This document shows, piece after piece, positions 52,505 to 63,579 of a stretch of DNA of 64,000 bases. This DNA is from Macrostomum lignano (lineage: Eukaryota). The DNA lies in the NCBI GenBank assembly GCA_002269645.1, contig NIVC01000202.1, positions 186,001 to 250,000 on the forward strand, read 5' to 3'. Position 1 is the stretch's first letter, and every line of letters starts with the position of its first letter. The notes under the pieces are model-generated. The model saw nothing but the letters and a program-made list of their open reading frames with translations, had not been told where the DNA came from and made no database searches. Made by a program: the position numbers and the translations under genes.

Positions 52505-52960
52505 ATATTATCCCACACATTATCCCATATACATTATCCCAGACATTATCCCATACATTATCCCATACATTATCCCATACATTATCCCATGCATTATGCC
52601 ATAAAGCAGCATTTATAGACACATTATCTGTAGAAATGGGTACATTATCTTAAACATTATTGGACACACACCCTCTTCAGGAGAAGTCTGACATCCTCAC
52701 TTAGACACAACTGACACTTTCACTTAGACACAACTGACACTTTCACTTAGACACAACTGACACCCTCACTTAGACACAACTGACATCCTCACCTAGACAC
52801 AACTGACACCCTCACTCAGACACAACTGACATCCTCAGACACAACTGACACCTTCACTTAGACACAACTGACATCCTCACTTAGACACAACTGACATCCT
52901 CACCTAGACACAACTGACATCCTCAGACACAACTGACACCTTCACTTAGACACAACTGAC
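52505..52960. repeat. Two minisatellites in CLCA intron 2: 12-bp (ACATTATCCCAT) and 23-bp (CACTTAGACACAACTGACACCCT)
   Basis: Tandem copies. Confidence 0.88.
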
Positions 52961-53011
52961 GCCTTCTACAATCCCATCGAAAACCCGCTCAGATCTGGCC
53001 GCAAGCCTCAC

Positions 53012-53291
53012 AGTCTTCAGCGCTGGTGTCCCGCAGGTGCTCCCGGTGCAGGTTGACGTGCAGCCCCGGCTGCCCGCAGTCGCCCGGCTGCACGGTGCTG
53101 GGGATTTGGCTGCCCCTCTGATCGACACGGAAGTGGGCCGCATCCTCCGTGTGCCAGGTGGCGCTCGAGTCGACAGACTGGTTGCTCCAGGACCGCGGCA
53201 CCAGGATGTACACATGACCGAAGGCGAAGGAGCGGGAGCCGTTAATTCTACTGGCGACAGCGAGGCGCTGGGAGGCCTGCTGGAAGCCGTC
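53012..53291 (-). CDS. CLCA: CLCA-like exon 2
   Basis: caacag|GAC acceptor and T|GTGAGG donor. Encodes FQQASQRLAVA...FGHVYILVPRSW...TVQPGDCGQPGLHVNL (cf. ASLYLFEAT...KNVAILIPETW...YTEQMGNCGEKGERIHL). Confidence 0.9.
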
Positions 53292-53334
53292 CTGTTGTTA
53301 GGGATATGGGATGCTACGGTTGAAACTGTGGCAT

Positions 53335-53715
53335 GAGGAGTGACCTACATCTGCTGTAGTATGGAATGGGAGTGACCTACAGTAGTAGGAATAGAGGGGG
53401 TGACCTACAGTAGTATGGAATGGGAGTGACCTACTGTAGTATGGAATGGGAGTGACCTGCTGTATGGAATGGGAGTGACCTACTGTAGTATGGAATAGAG
53501 GGGGGTGACCTACTGTAGTATGGAATAGAGGGGGGTGACCTACTGTAGTATGGAATAGAGGGGGGTGACCTACAGTAGTATGGAATGGGAGTGACATACA
53601 GTAGTATGGAATGGGAGTGACCTGCTGTAGTATGGAATGGGAGTGACCTACTGTAGTATGAAATAGAGGGAGTGACCTACTGTAGTATGGAATGGGAGTG
53701 ACATACTGTAGTATG
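53335..53715. repeat. ~26-31-bp minisatellite (GTAGTATGGAATGGGAGTGACCTACT) in CLCA intron 1
   Basis: Tandem copies. Confidence 0.9.
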
Positions 53716-53793
53716 GAACGGAGTGGACTGTACAATGGCTTTAATCTGGAGGCATCCAAAGGAGCAACCCTATCTACCCACACAGATACTCAC

Positions 53794-53961
53794 CTTGATT
53801 CTCTGTACCAGTTCCCAGTCCTCTGGGATGTTCTGGGACACGGACACTAGGACATCGTTGTAGCGGCCATTGTTGTCAAGGACAATGTCCCTCGCCGTGC
53901 TGAGCCAGCAGTTGCCGGCCACAGTCAGGGCTAGGAGTAGCCAGAATCGATTATCAGTCAT
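53794..53961 (-). CDS. CLCA: CLCA-like (calcium-activated chloride channel regulator) exon 1 of 10, with signal peptide; ~909 aa if the exon-10 frameshift is corrected
   Basis: ATG at 53961; MTDNRFWLLLALTVAGNCWLSTA signal-like segment, then IVLDNNGRYNDVLVSVSQNIPED (cf. IQLNNNGYEGIVVAIDPNVPED). Donor AAG|GTGAGT. Phases are consistent across exons 1-9. Confidence 0.92.
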
Positions 53962-54218
53962 GCCAATTTTTCCTGCCGGTTGCGGTTTAATCGCAACAAA
54001 TTCTAATTTCTTAGTTTCGGCAATTTCTGGGTTTTTATTAAACCGAAGGGCTTATATAGATAAGATAGCTACTAGGGCGAACAATATAGATATACTCGTA
54101 GCTCGAAACTTCGATTTTTGTCTGCGCAAAATGTTTTTTTAGATAGCCCACAAATTCTGGGCCAAACGTCACGCTGTTAGGAATGCGCCGAGTCCCACTG
54201 GCTTGGCTGTTTGTTTGC

Positions 54219-54232
54219 GTTGCCATGGTAAC
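54219..54232. promoter_or_regulatory. RFX X-box GTTGCCATGGTAAC, ~260 bp upstream of the CLCA ATG
   Basis: Matches the canonical X-box palindrome GTTGCC-AT-GGYAAC in a proximal upstream position. Confidence 0.55.
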
Positions 54233-54364
54233 AGTAGCTATAGGCTATATGCTATTCGAATCACTTGGCGACTGTTTATAGGGATGCAAATATATATCAT
54301 TTTGCCGATGAACTGTTAGAAATTCTGATCACTTCTGCACTCGCTTATTCCCTGGTGCAGTTTC

Positions 54365-55240
54365 TCCCTCTGCTCTCACCCACCTCTCTTCCCCTCTATC
54401 TGCTCTCACCCACCTCTCTTCCCCTCTATCTGCTCTCACCCACCTCTCTTCCCCTCTATCTGCTCTCACCCACTTATCTACCCCTCTATCTGCTCTCACC
54501 CACCTATCTACCCCTCTATCTGCTCTCACCCACCTCTCTTCCCCTCTATCTGCTCTCACCCACCTATCTACCCCTCTATCTGCTCTCACCCACCTATCTA
54601 CCCCTTTATCTGCTCTCACCTACCTCTCTTCCCCTCTATCTGCTCTCACCCACCTCTCTTCCCCTCTATCTGCTCTCACCCACCTATCTACCCCTCTATC
54701 TGCTCTCACCCACCTATCTACCCCTCTATCTGCTCTCACCTACCTCTCTTCCCCTCTATCTGCTCTCACCCACCTCTCTTCCCCTCTATCTGCTCTCACC
54801 CACCTATCTACCCCTCTATCTGCTCTCACCCACCTATCTACCCCTCTATCTGCTCTCACCCACCTATCTACCCCTCTATCTGCTCTCACCTACCTCTCTT
54901 CCCCTCTATCTGCTCTCACCCACCTCTCTTCCCCTCTATCTGCTCTCACCCACCTATCTACCCCTCTATCTGCTCTCACCCACCTCTCTTCCCCTCTATC
55001 TGCTCTCAGCCACCTATCTACCCCTCTATCTGCTCTCACCCACCTCTCTTCCCCTCTATCTGCTCTCACTCACCTATCTACCCCTCTATCTGCTCTCACT
55101 CACCTCTCTTCCCCTCTATCTACTCTCATCCACCTTTCTTCCCATCAATCTGTCTCACCCAGCTCTCTTCCCCTCTATCTGCTATCATCCACCTTTCTTC
55201 CCATCAATCTGTCTCACCCACCTCTCTTCCCCTCTATCCG
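54365..55240. repeat. 30-bp pyrimidine-rich minisatellite (CCCCTCTATCTGCTCTCACCCACCTCTCTT)
   Basis: Tandem copies; source of the 384-aa pseudo-ORF. Confidence 0.96.
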
Positions 55241-55479
55241 CTATTCTCAACTGGGGTTCATTTGTCACTCAAAGGCTCAGAAATATTCAATTAATGCAAA
55301 ATAAAGTTTTACGTAATGTAATTTTTTTAACTGAATTTTATCTAGCAGCAAAAGTCACAGTTAAAGCGGGTATAAAGTTAAGGCTTGCAAAATGGAATAA
55401 TCAGTTAGTTGCCAGCTAGTGCTGCATGCACAGGAATTCAAGTTTAACTTCGGACAAGCGCACAGCCCCCGCCCCTCAG

Positions 55480-55920
55480 GAAAGCACACGGTTGTTGTTA
55501 TCTCAGACCGCGCTCGCTTGCTTTCAAACTTTGTAAGACACATGTTTGGCCGCAATCTACACGTAATTGCAACTGGACTAATTATAGGCACAACTTTCAT
55601 AGATATATCACATTGCGTCAGCTGCAGCCCCCGCCACTGCAGTTTTCAGGTGTAAACAGTGTGCCATGAGGCTGAACTATTCTGATGAAATTGATGCGGA
55701 CACAATGCGACTCGTTTCTCGAACCTCTGTGCTCTTGTCAATATTTCACAATCATTATTCGAGTTCAACACCCCTGTACCAAACTGTACTCACTGCAATG
55801 GAATTGACAAGCCGAGACTTTTGTATCATGATTGTTCACGAAAGTGCATTGAAACTTTACCCTGCTGCTTTCGGAGACCAAGCCCCTTCCCGTGCCAGAG
55901 TTTTCCGGTGGTACAGTGAC
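55480..55920 (+). mobile_element. Degenerate mariner (Tc1/mariner) remnant, 5' part
   Basis: 55798-55920 translates MELTSRDFCIMIVHESALKLYPAAFGDQAPSRARVFRWY, matching the mariner transposase N-terminal HTH (AFGDxAPSxxTVxRW) with an internal deletion. No DD34D domain or paired TIRs were found; the left boundary is approximate. Confidence 0.72.
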
Positions 55921-56059
55921 CAGAAGCAGATGGTGATATGTCTTTTTTAGCCTTCAGTAATCCCCTCGTCTCTGCATTTCCTACCATAAATGTTCTCATT
56001 GCATATTTGAAATGTTAATTATTAATGTTGCATACGTCGTACGTAGCATATGGTCACAT

Positions 56060-56412
56060 GTACATAACCAACAGTAGCATGTACATAGCTAACAGTAGCA
56101 TGTACATAGCCAACAGTAGCATGTACATAGTTAACAGTAGTATGTACATAGCCAACAGTAGCATGTACATAGCCAACAGTAGCATGAACATAGCCAACAG
56201 CAGCATGTACATAGCCAACAGTAGTATGTACATAGCCAACAGTAGCATGTACATAGCCAACAGTAGCATGTACATAGCCAACAGTAGCATGTACATAGCC
56301 AACAGTAGCATGTACATAGCCAACAGTAGCATGTACATAGCCAACAGTAGCATGTACATAGCCAACAGTAGCATGTACATAGCCAACAGTAGCATGTACA
56401 TAGCCAACAGTA
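56060..56412. repeat. 21-bp minisatellite (CATGTACATAGCCAACAGTAG)
   Basis: Tandem copies. Confidence 0.95.
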
Positions 56413-57282
56413 AGCAAGCACACATACAAATGGACGGTAGATCTGGTCCGTTAGAAAATGAAACAAAAATAATCAAAGACAAAGATTTATTACAATAGAA
56501 AGCAATTAGTTTACAGAGCCGCAATAGAAACATCGCCTGCTCACAACGAACTGCATGTACAATATTACTGTAGTTAGTGCTCAGATAATATAATTATAGC
56601 ATAAGGCTATCTATTTTATTAACTGTCCAGATAGAAATTAGGCGAACGCATTAATCGAATCGGGTACTCCAACAGATTTGAATAGGCGCAGTGATTACAG
56701 AACTAAATAGCAAATTTATTATAATCATACAAGTTCAGGCAGGCAACAGCTATTAACAGGGTGCGATCAGGGAGAGATCAATTTATAACTATATAAAAAC
56801 ATTATTGGAAGAGCTAAAATATAGCTATGGATTTTAACAAGCAGGCAAAGACATTAACAAGAACCAGAATGTACACAATGAATGCCAATTATACAATAAT
56901 AATGCCAATTTTAAAACAAAATAAAAATAACAGGCAAAACAGGAATTATTGCAATTAAAAGTGACGGCGAATGATAGAGAATAATAAAATATCATAGATT
57001 GGCCTGGTTACCGGACATAATTACAAGTACTTTATGCACTAACGTGCACTAAACATGGGAAACAGCCTTGCGCAACAGGTGGAAAAGTTAAATAGAAAAT
57101 TTGAAAAAATAAAAATATTTTACAGCACTTGAAAAGTTTGGATGTATGGAGCTAAGCCACTTGCCATCCCGTTAATGAGATTTAGTATAGAAAAAGGTAA
57201 GGTGGAGCGGTACTTACAGCACCCTAAAGTTGCAAGTTGCAAGTGTACCAACACTTTCTTCAAATTTCTTCCAAGACTGCTG

Positions 57283-57600
57283 GGGTTTGGTCAGGAGTGG
57301 CTTTGGGTTTGGTCAGGAGTGGCTTTGGGTTTGGTCAGGAGTGGCTTTGGGTTTGGTCAGGAGTGGCTTTGAGTTTGGTCAGGAGTGGCTTTGGGTTTGG
57401 TCAGGAGTGGCTTTGGGTTTGGTCAGGAGTGGCTTTGGGTTTGGTCAGGAGTGGCTTTGGGTTTGGTCAGGAGTGGCTTTGGGTTTGGTCAGGAGTGGCT
57501 TTGGGTTTGGTCAGGAGTGGCTTTGGGTTTGGTCAGGATCGGCTTTGGGTTTGGTCAGGAGTGGCTTTGGGTTGAATTGGTCAGGAGCAGCTCTGGCTTT
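57283..57600. repeat. 22-bp minisatellite (GGAGTGGCTTTGGGTTTGGTCA)
   Basis: Tandem copies. Confidence 0.95.
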
Positions 57601-58004
57601 CGTCAGGAGTGACACAATGGCCAGGACGTTAACAATTAGCAAACAGTTCCTTAGCAACAAGCAATTTTTGTGTGATAAAAATGCTTGCACGGCGGAGTCG
57701 CATAGCGGAATGAAATCTGATAAGAAGCCTACACTTGAGGGGACGCTGCGCAGAAAGAATAGCCCAACCCCAGCTAAACTGAAAGCGCTCTAAGCACCTT
57801 TACCAGCCTTTTTATCATTATTAAAGCATCAAGCATTCCAAACACAGGAAGCGGCAACGCTGAACAAGGCTTAATGACCTGGCCGTAACAAATTCGAGAT
57901 TGAGAGAGACAGAGAGATCAACACTTACGGGCTAGGGGACGGCAAACTGTTTTACCTCGGGGACGGGGCAGCTAAAGAGCCAGCCTGCCTCACGGCTTTT
58001 GCCA

Positions 58005-59033
58005 GACGAGACAGGAGAGAAGAGTAAAGAGGAGAAAAGAGAAAAGAGGGGAGAGGAGAGGAGAGCAGAGGGGAGAGAGGAGAGAAGAGGGGAGGAGAGG
58101 AGAGAGGAGGAGAGAAGAGAGGAGAGGAGAGGAGAGAAGAGGGGAGAGAGGAGAGGAGAGAAGAGGGGAGATAGGAGAGAAGAGGGGAGGAGAGGAGAGA
58201 AGAGGGGAGAGAAGAGGGGAGAGAAGAGGGGAGAGGGGAGAGGAGATAAGAGGGGAGAGAAGACGGGAGAGAGGAGAGGAGAGAAGAGGGGAGAGAGAAG
58301 AGGGGAGAGAAGAGGGGAGAGAGGAGAGAAGAGGGGAGAGAGGAGAGGAGAGAAGAGAGGAGAGAAGAGGGGAGAGAAGAGGGGAGAGGGGAGAGGAGAT
58401 AAGAGGGGAGAGAAGAGGGGAGAGAAGAGAGGAGAGAGGAGAGGAGAGAAGAGGGGAGAGAGGAGAGAAGAGGGGAGAGAAGAGGGGAGAGAAGAGGGGA
58501 GAGAAGAGAGAAGAGGGGAGAGAGGAGAGGAGAGAAGAGGGGAGAGAGGAGAGGAGAGAAGAGGGGAGAGAGGAGAGGAGAGGGTAGAGAGGAGAGAAGA
58601 GGGGAGAGAGGAGGGAAGAGGGGAGAGAGGAGAGGAGAGAAGAGGGGAGAGAGGAGAGGAGAGAAGAGGGTAGAGAGGAGAGAAGAGGGGAGAGAGGAGA
58701 GAAGAGGGGAGAGAGGAGAGAAGAGGGGAGAGAGGAGAGAAGAGGGGAGAGAGGAGATAAGAGGGGAGAGAAGAGGGGAGAGAGGAGAGAAGAGGGGAGA
58801 GAGGAGAGAAGAGGGGAGAGAGGAGAGAAGAGGGGAGAGAGGAGGGAAGAGGGGAGAGAGGAGAGGAGAGAAGAGGGGAGAGAGGAGAGGAGAGAAGAGG
58901 GGAGAGAGGAGAGAAGAGGGGAGAGAGGAGAGAAGAGGGGAGAGAGGAGATAAGAGGGGAGAGAAGAGGGGAGAGAGGAGAGAAGAGGGGAGAGAGGAGA
59001 GAAGAGGGGAGAGGAGCGGAGAGAGGAGAGAGA
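58005..59033. repeat. Almost pure polypurine degenerate repeat (AGAGG / AGAAGAGGGG)
   Basis: About 1 kb of A/G on the + strand. Confidence 0.96.
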
Positions 59034-59169
59034 CAAAATTCAGAGCAGATTGCTGTGGTGAAGTTTCAAAGAACCCCAATGCGGGACACAGAGGCTTCGC
59101 GGGCCGGAGTTTGCTGACCCCTGATAAAAGCTACTGTACACAACACGCCTAATAGCAAATCAAGCAGTG

Positions 59170-59346
59170 TTACAAAGTGGGTTTAACGGACATCTCAGCT
59201 AAGGCGGCAGTACGTCGCACGTCAACTTCAAGGTACTGAACTTGGCCGTTCATTTTATTGGTGAGATCGGCGACTTTGTCTGACCTGCCGCTGTCGAGAG
59301 CCGCAACGTGCAGACCGCTAATGTCTATTTGAGCATAGTCGATTAC
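59170..59346 (-). CDS. Gab/DOS/FRS2-type docking adaptor, terminal coding exon with tandem SHP2-type tyrosine motifs
   Basis: cagcag|GTA acceptor (phase 0, matching the upstream donor). Encodes VIDYAQID...VQYLEVDVRRTAALAEM (cf. Gab VDYVxVDxxKTxAL, FRS2 LYAVIDIERTAAM). Stop TAA. Confidence 0.72.
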   Translation of the reverse strand, partial: VIDYAQIDISGLHVAALDSGRSDKVADLTNKMNGQVQYLEVDVRRTAALAEMSVKPTL

Positions 59347-59611
59347 CTGCTGTGAGTTGGTTGCGCAATATATCAGGAGTATATAGATGAAGTATTGTTT
59401 AAAACCGGGCAGTGATAGTCTATAGTTAAAAACTAACAAATAGTGAGATGAAAAATACGCGAATTAATGTAGAAGTCAGATTTTTAGGAGATACACAGCA
59501 AAACAAATAATTTAAAAATAGGTGAAATTTTAAATTAATGAAAATATTATTGGAATTGGCAATCTTAGCATAATGAGGGACCTCAGACTCAACATTAGGG
59601 TTTATTTGAAA

Positions 59612-61140
59612 TTAACGACTGTGAAAGTTTGGGTTTATTGGGGAGATTAGGGACTGTGAAAGTTCGGGTTTTTTGGGGGAGATTAGGGACTGTGAAAGTT
59701 CGGGTTTATTGGAGGAGATTAGGGACTGTGAAAGTTCGGGTTTATTGGAGGAGATTAGGGACTGTGAAAGTTCGGGTTTATTGGAGGAGATTAGGGACGG
59801 TAAAAGTTCGGGTTTATTGGAGGAGATTAGGGACGGTAAAAGTTCGGGTTTATTGGAGGAGATTAGGGACGGTAAAAGTTCGGGTTTATTGGAGGAGATT
59901 AGGGACGGTAAAAGTTCGGGTTTATTGGAGGAGATTAGGGACTATGAAAGTTCGGGTTTATTGGAGGAGATTAGGGACTGTGAAAGTTCGGGTTTATTGG
60001 AGGAGATTAGGGACGGTAAAAGTTCGGGTTTATTGGAGGAGATTAGGGACGGTAAAAGTTCGGGTTTATTGGAGGAGATTAGGGACGGTAAAAGTTCGGG
60101 TTTATTGGGGGATTAAGGACTGTGAAAGTTCGGGTTTATTGGGGGATTAAGGACTGTGAAAGTTCGGGTTTATTGGGCGAGATTAAAACTATGAAAGCTT
60201 GGGTTTATTGGGCGAGATTAAGGACTGTGAAAGCTTGGGTTTAATGGGGAGATTAAGGAATAAGGACTGTGAAAGCTTGGGTTTATTGGGAGATTAAGGA
60301 CTACGAAAGCTTGGGTTTAATGGGGAGATTAAGGACTGTAAAAGCTTGGGTTTATTGGGCGAGATTAAGGACTGTGAAAGCTTGGGTTGGGTTTATTGGG
60401 CGAGATTAAGGACTGTGAAAGCTTGGGTTGGGTTTATTGGGCGAGATTAAGGACTGTGAAAGCTTGGGTTGGGTTTATTGGGCGAGATTAAGGACTGTGA
60501 AAGCTTGGGTTGGGTTTATTGGGCGAGATTAAGGACTGTGAAAGCTTGGGTTGGCTTTATTGGGCGAGATTAAGGACTGTGAAAGCTTGGGTTGGGTTTA
60601 TTGGGCGAGATTAAGGACTGTGAAAGCTTGGGTTGGGTTTATTGGGCGAGATTAAGGACTGTGAAAGCTTGGGTTGGGTTTATTGGGCGAGATTAAGGAC
60701 TGTGAAAGCTTGGGTTGGGTTTATTGGGCGAGATTAAGGACTGTGAAAGCTTGGGTTGGGTTTATTGGGCGAGATTAAGGACTGTGAAAGCTTGGGTTGG
60801 GTTTATTGGGCGAGATTAAGGACTGTGAAAGCTTGGGTTTATTGGGAGATTAAGGACTGTGAAAGCTTGGGTTTATTGGAGGAGATTAAGGACTGTGAAA
60901 GTTCGGGTTTATTGGAGGAGATTAGGGACTGTGAAAGTTCGGGTTTATTGGAGGAGATTAGGGACTGTGAAAGTTCGGGTTTATTGGAGGAGATTAGGGA
61001 CTGTGAAAGCTTGGGTTTATTGGGCGAGATTAAGGACTGTGAAAGCTTGGGTTTATTGGGCGAGATTAAGGACTGTGAAAGCTTGGGTTTATTGGGCGAG
61101 ATTAAGGACTGTGAAAGCTTGGGTTTATTGGGCGAGATTT
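59612..61140. repeat. 36/41-bp minisatellite (AGATTAGGGACTGTGAAAGTTCGGGTTTATTGGAGG and variants) in an adaptor-gene intron
   Basis: Tandem copies in variant blocks. Confidence 0.95.
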
Positions 61141-61664
61141 AGGATTGCAAAATTTGAGCGATCAAAAAACTTAAATGTATTGATAAATACTTCGTTTGAA
61201 TTAAATTAACGCAAAAACTACTTGTATTAATTAGAAAGCGATTTAAAAAAAAAGAATTAGCAAATAATTAATGTTTAATCCTGCTAATTTAGATAGTGAT
61301 AAAGCGAACAAACAGAGTACTTACACAGAGTAAAAACAGCAACAGCTCAGGCTGGTGTCTTAAAAAACTTTTTAGGCTTCTTTTTATCTTTCTGCTTACG
61401 CTTTGATTTTTGGTAAAAATTTATTGAATGCAATAGAAACGATTCACTCAGCTATCCTATTTAAAATCAGGATCTTGGCTGAAAATTAGAATTGGAAGGA
61501 CAATCGAGGCAAGAGTTAATATAAGAATGTACAGTTAGTTACAGCAATATATCAGTAATAATTACGGGCATTTTACATAAAAAATCAAGTCTCTACAAAA
61601 AGAAAATTACCAGAATCCCCTAACAATAGGTATCAGCTACGTACGCGCGATGCGTTTAGATGCT

Positions 61665-62330
61665 TTTAGGTTTAGAATGAACTGTTATTGTCTATGGCTT
61701 AAGGTTTAGAATGAACTGTTATTGTCTATGGCTTTAGGTTTAGACCGAACTTTAGTTGTCTATGGCTTTAGGTTTAGAATGAACTGTTATTGTCTATGGC
61801 TTAAGGTTTAGACCGAACTTTAGTTGTCTATGGCTTTAGGTTTAGACCGAACTTTAGTTGTCTATGGCTTTAGGTTTAGACCGAACTTTAGTTGTCTATG
61901 GCTTTAGGTTTAGACCGAACTTTAGCTGTCTATGGCTTTAGGTTTAGACCGAACTTTAGTTGTCTATGGCTTTAGGTTTAGAATGAACTGTTATTGTCTA
62001 TGGCTTAAGGTTTAGACCGAACTTTAGTTGTCTATGGCTTTAGGTTTAGACCGAACTTTAGCTGTCTATGGCTTTAGGTTTAGACCGAACTTTAGTTGTC
62101 TATGGCTTTAGGTTTAGACCGAACTTTAGTTGTCTATGGCTTTAGGTTTAGACCGAACTTTAGTTGTCTATGGCTTTAGGTTTAGACCGAACTTTAGTTG
62201 TCTATGGCTTTAGGTTTAGACCGAACTTTAGTTGTCTATGGCTTTAGGTTTAGACCGAACTTTAGTTGTCTATGGCTTTAGGTTTAGACCGAACTTTAGT
62301 TGTCTATGGCTTTAGGTTTAGAAATGAATT
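61665..62330. repeat. 34-bp minisatellite (GGCTTTAGGTTTAGACCGAACTTTAGTTGTCTAT)
   Basis: Tandem copies. Confidence 0.95.
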
Positions 62331-62488
62331 TAGAATGAAATTTGGCATAGTGGATAGAAAACTCCTATGGCTTTAAGCTGGTGATAATTGGTGCAGTTGT
62401 CTATGGCATAAACTTGTCAAACTGGTGCAGTTTTGTCCTATTGATTAAACCACCGGCTATATGATTAAGCATATAGAGAATAACTCAC

Positions 62489-63093
62489 CGGCAAGCCAAC
62501 AGTGGCCCCGGTGACCTCGCTATCGCCAACGGCGCCGCCATCAATTTCGTCATTGTTATCATCCGAGCTGCTGTCATCGTCGGATTCAACTAGAGAAGAC
62601 GACTCCGAGGCTGCCAGAGCGGCCGCGTCAGCTCCCGCTGGTTTAACTCGGCTGCCAGACGCATCTCGTTCGCTTCGGCGACGCGGCAGCAGCAGCGGCT
62701 CCGGCTCGTCGACTGCATCCTCGCCCGGCGGCGGCGGCGGCGCACGACTCGGCGAAGGCGACTGAGTCCGACGGAGGGAGTAGACCCGCGACAGGGGCGA
62801 CAGCTTCTTGACGTTCATATAGTCGACGCCGCCGCTGCTATTGGGGTCGCCACCAGCGCTGGTTCGAGTTGGCACAGGCGGAGGCGGCTGCAGGCTCTGC
62901 TGAGGCTGCGGCACCGCCCTAGCAGCTCCGCCGCTACTACTACTTTGATAACTATCGTTATTGCCACTCTTACTATTGTTATTAATATTATTATTGTTGT
63001 TGTTGTTAAAGAACTGAATACGATCGACGCTAACCCTAGTGCTAGTGCTAGACAGATTGATGTACTGACTGGCGTCTGGGTCCGCAGTGGCAT

Positions 63094-63124
<31 letters not shown>

Positions 63125-63473
63125 GGAGGCTGGCGGCAGACGGTAGTCATCTTCATCCTGGGATAACTCGCGATTCCCTCCTACAGGCGGAGGCAGTCTG
63201 TAATCGTCTTCATCAGAGTCCCGATTCCTAGCTGGCGGTGGCAGCCGGTACTCGTCCTCTGTGTAATTGCTTCTGTTGACTGGTGGCGGGACCCGGTACT
63301 CATCCTCTGTGTAAATGCTTCTATTGCCTGGTGGCGGGACCCGGTACTCGTCCTCTGTGTAATTGCTTCTGTTGCCTGGTGGCGGGACCCGGTACTCGTT
63401 GTCTTGGTGAGCGGCTGGGCTGGATGGCTGCTGCCAGCCGGGAGAGTTCAACTGAGGCCGACCTGGCGAGTGC
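62489..63473 (-). CDS. Large internal exon of the docking adaptor (disordered, many Tyr motifs); upstream exons lie beyond the window
   Basis: Long non-satellite open frame with six YRxP motifs, YINL, YMNV and PPPVPTR. Strong donor CCG|GTGAGT at 62488. The acceptor aagcag|G at 63473 is tentative; alternatives lie nearby. Confidence 0.75.
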
Positions 63474-63579
63474 CTGCTTGTACAGATGGTTTAACATTGA
63501 GATTGACACAGGATAGTCCGGCTCAGTGCAAAAAACTGGCTAGTCGGAGTCATCTTAGTCATCTTTCTTAGTCATTATT

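Noticed and set aside
54265-55419. 384-aa ORF
   Set aside because: It consists mostly of the 30-bp repeat (LSPTSLPLYL) with no domain-like unique part.
56640-56880. Possible LINE 3' fragment (frame reading KFRQATAINRVRSG)
   Set aside because: The similarity is too short and interrupted by stops to support without a database search.
57952-59079. 375- and 348-aa S/P/L-rich ORFs
   Set aside because: They are antisense readings of a polypurine low-complexity tract.
59612-62330. Telomeric repeats (TTAGGG, TTTAGG motifs)
   Set aside because: The motifs occur once or twice per 34-41-bp unit, not as tandem telomeric arrays.
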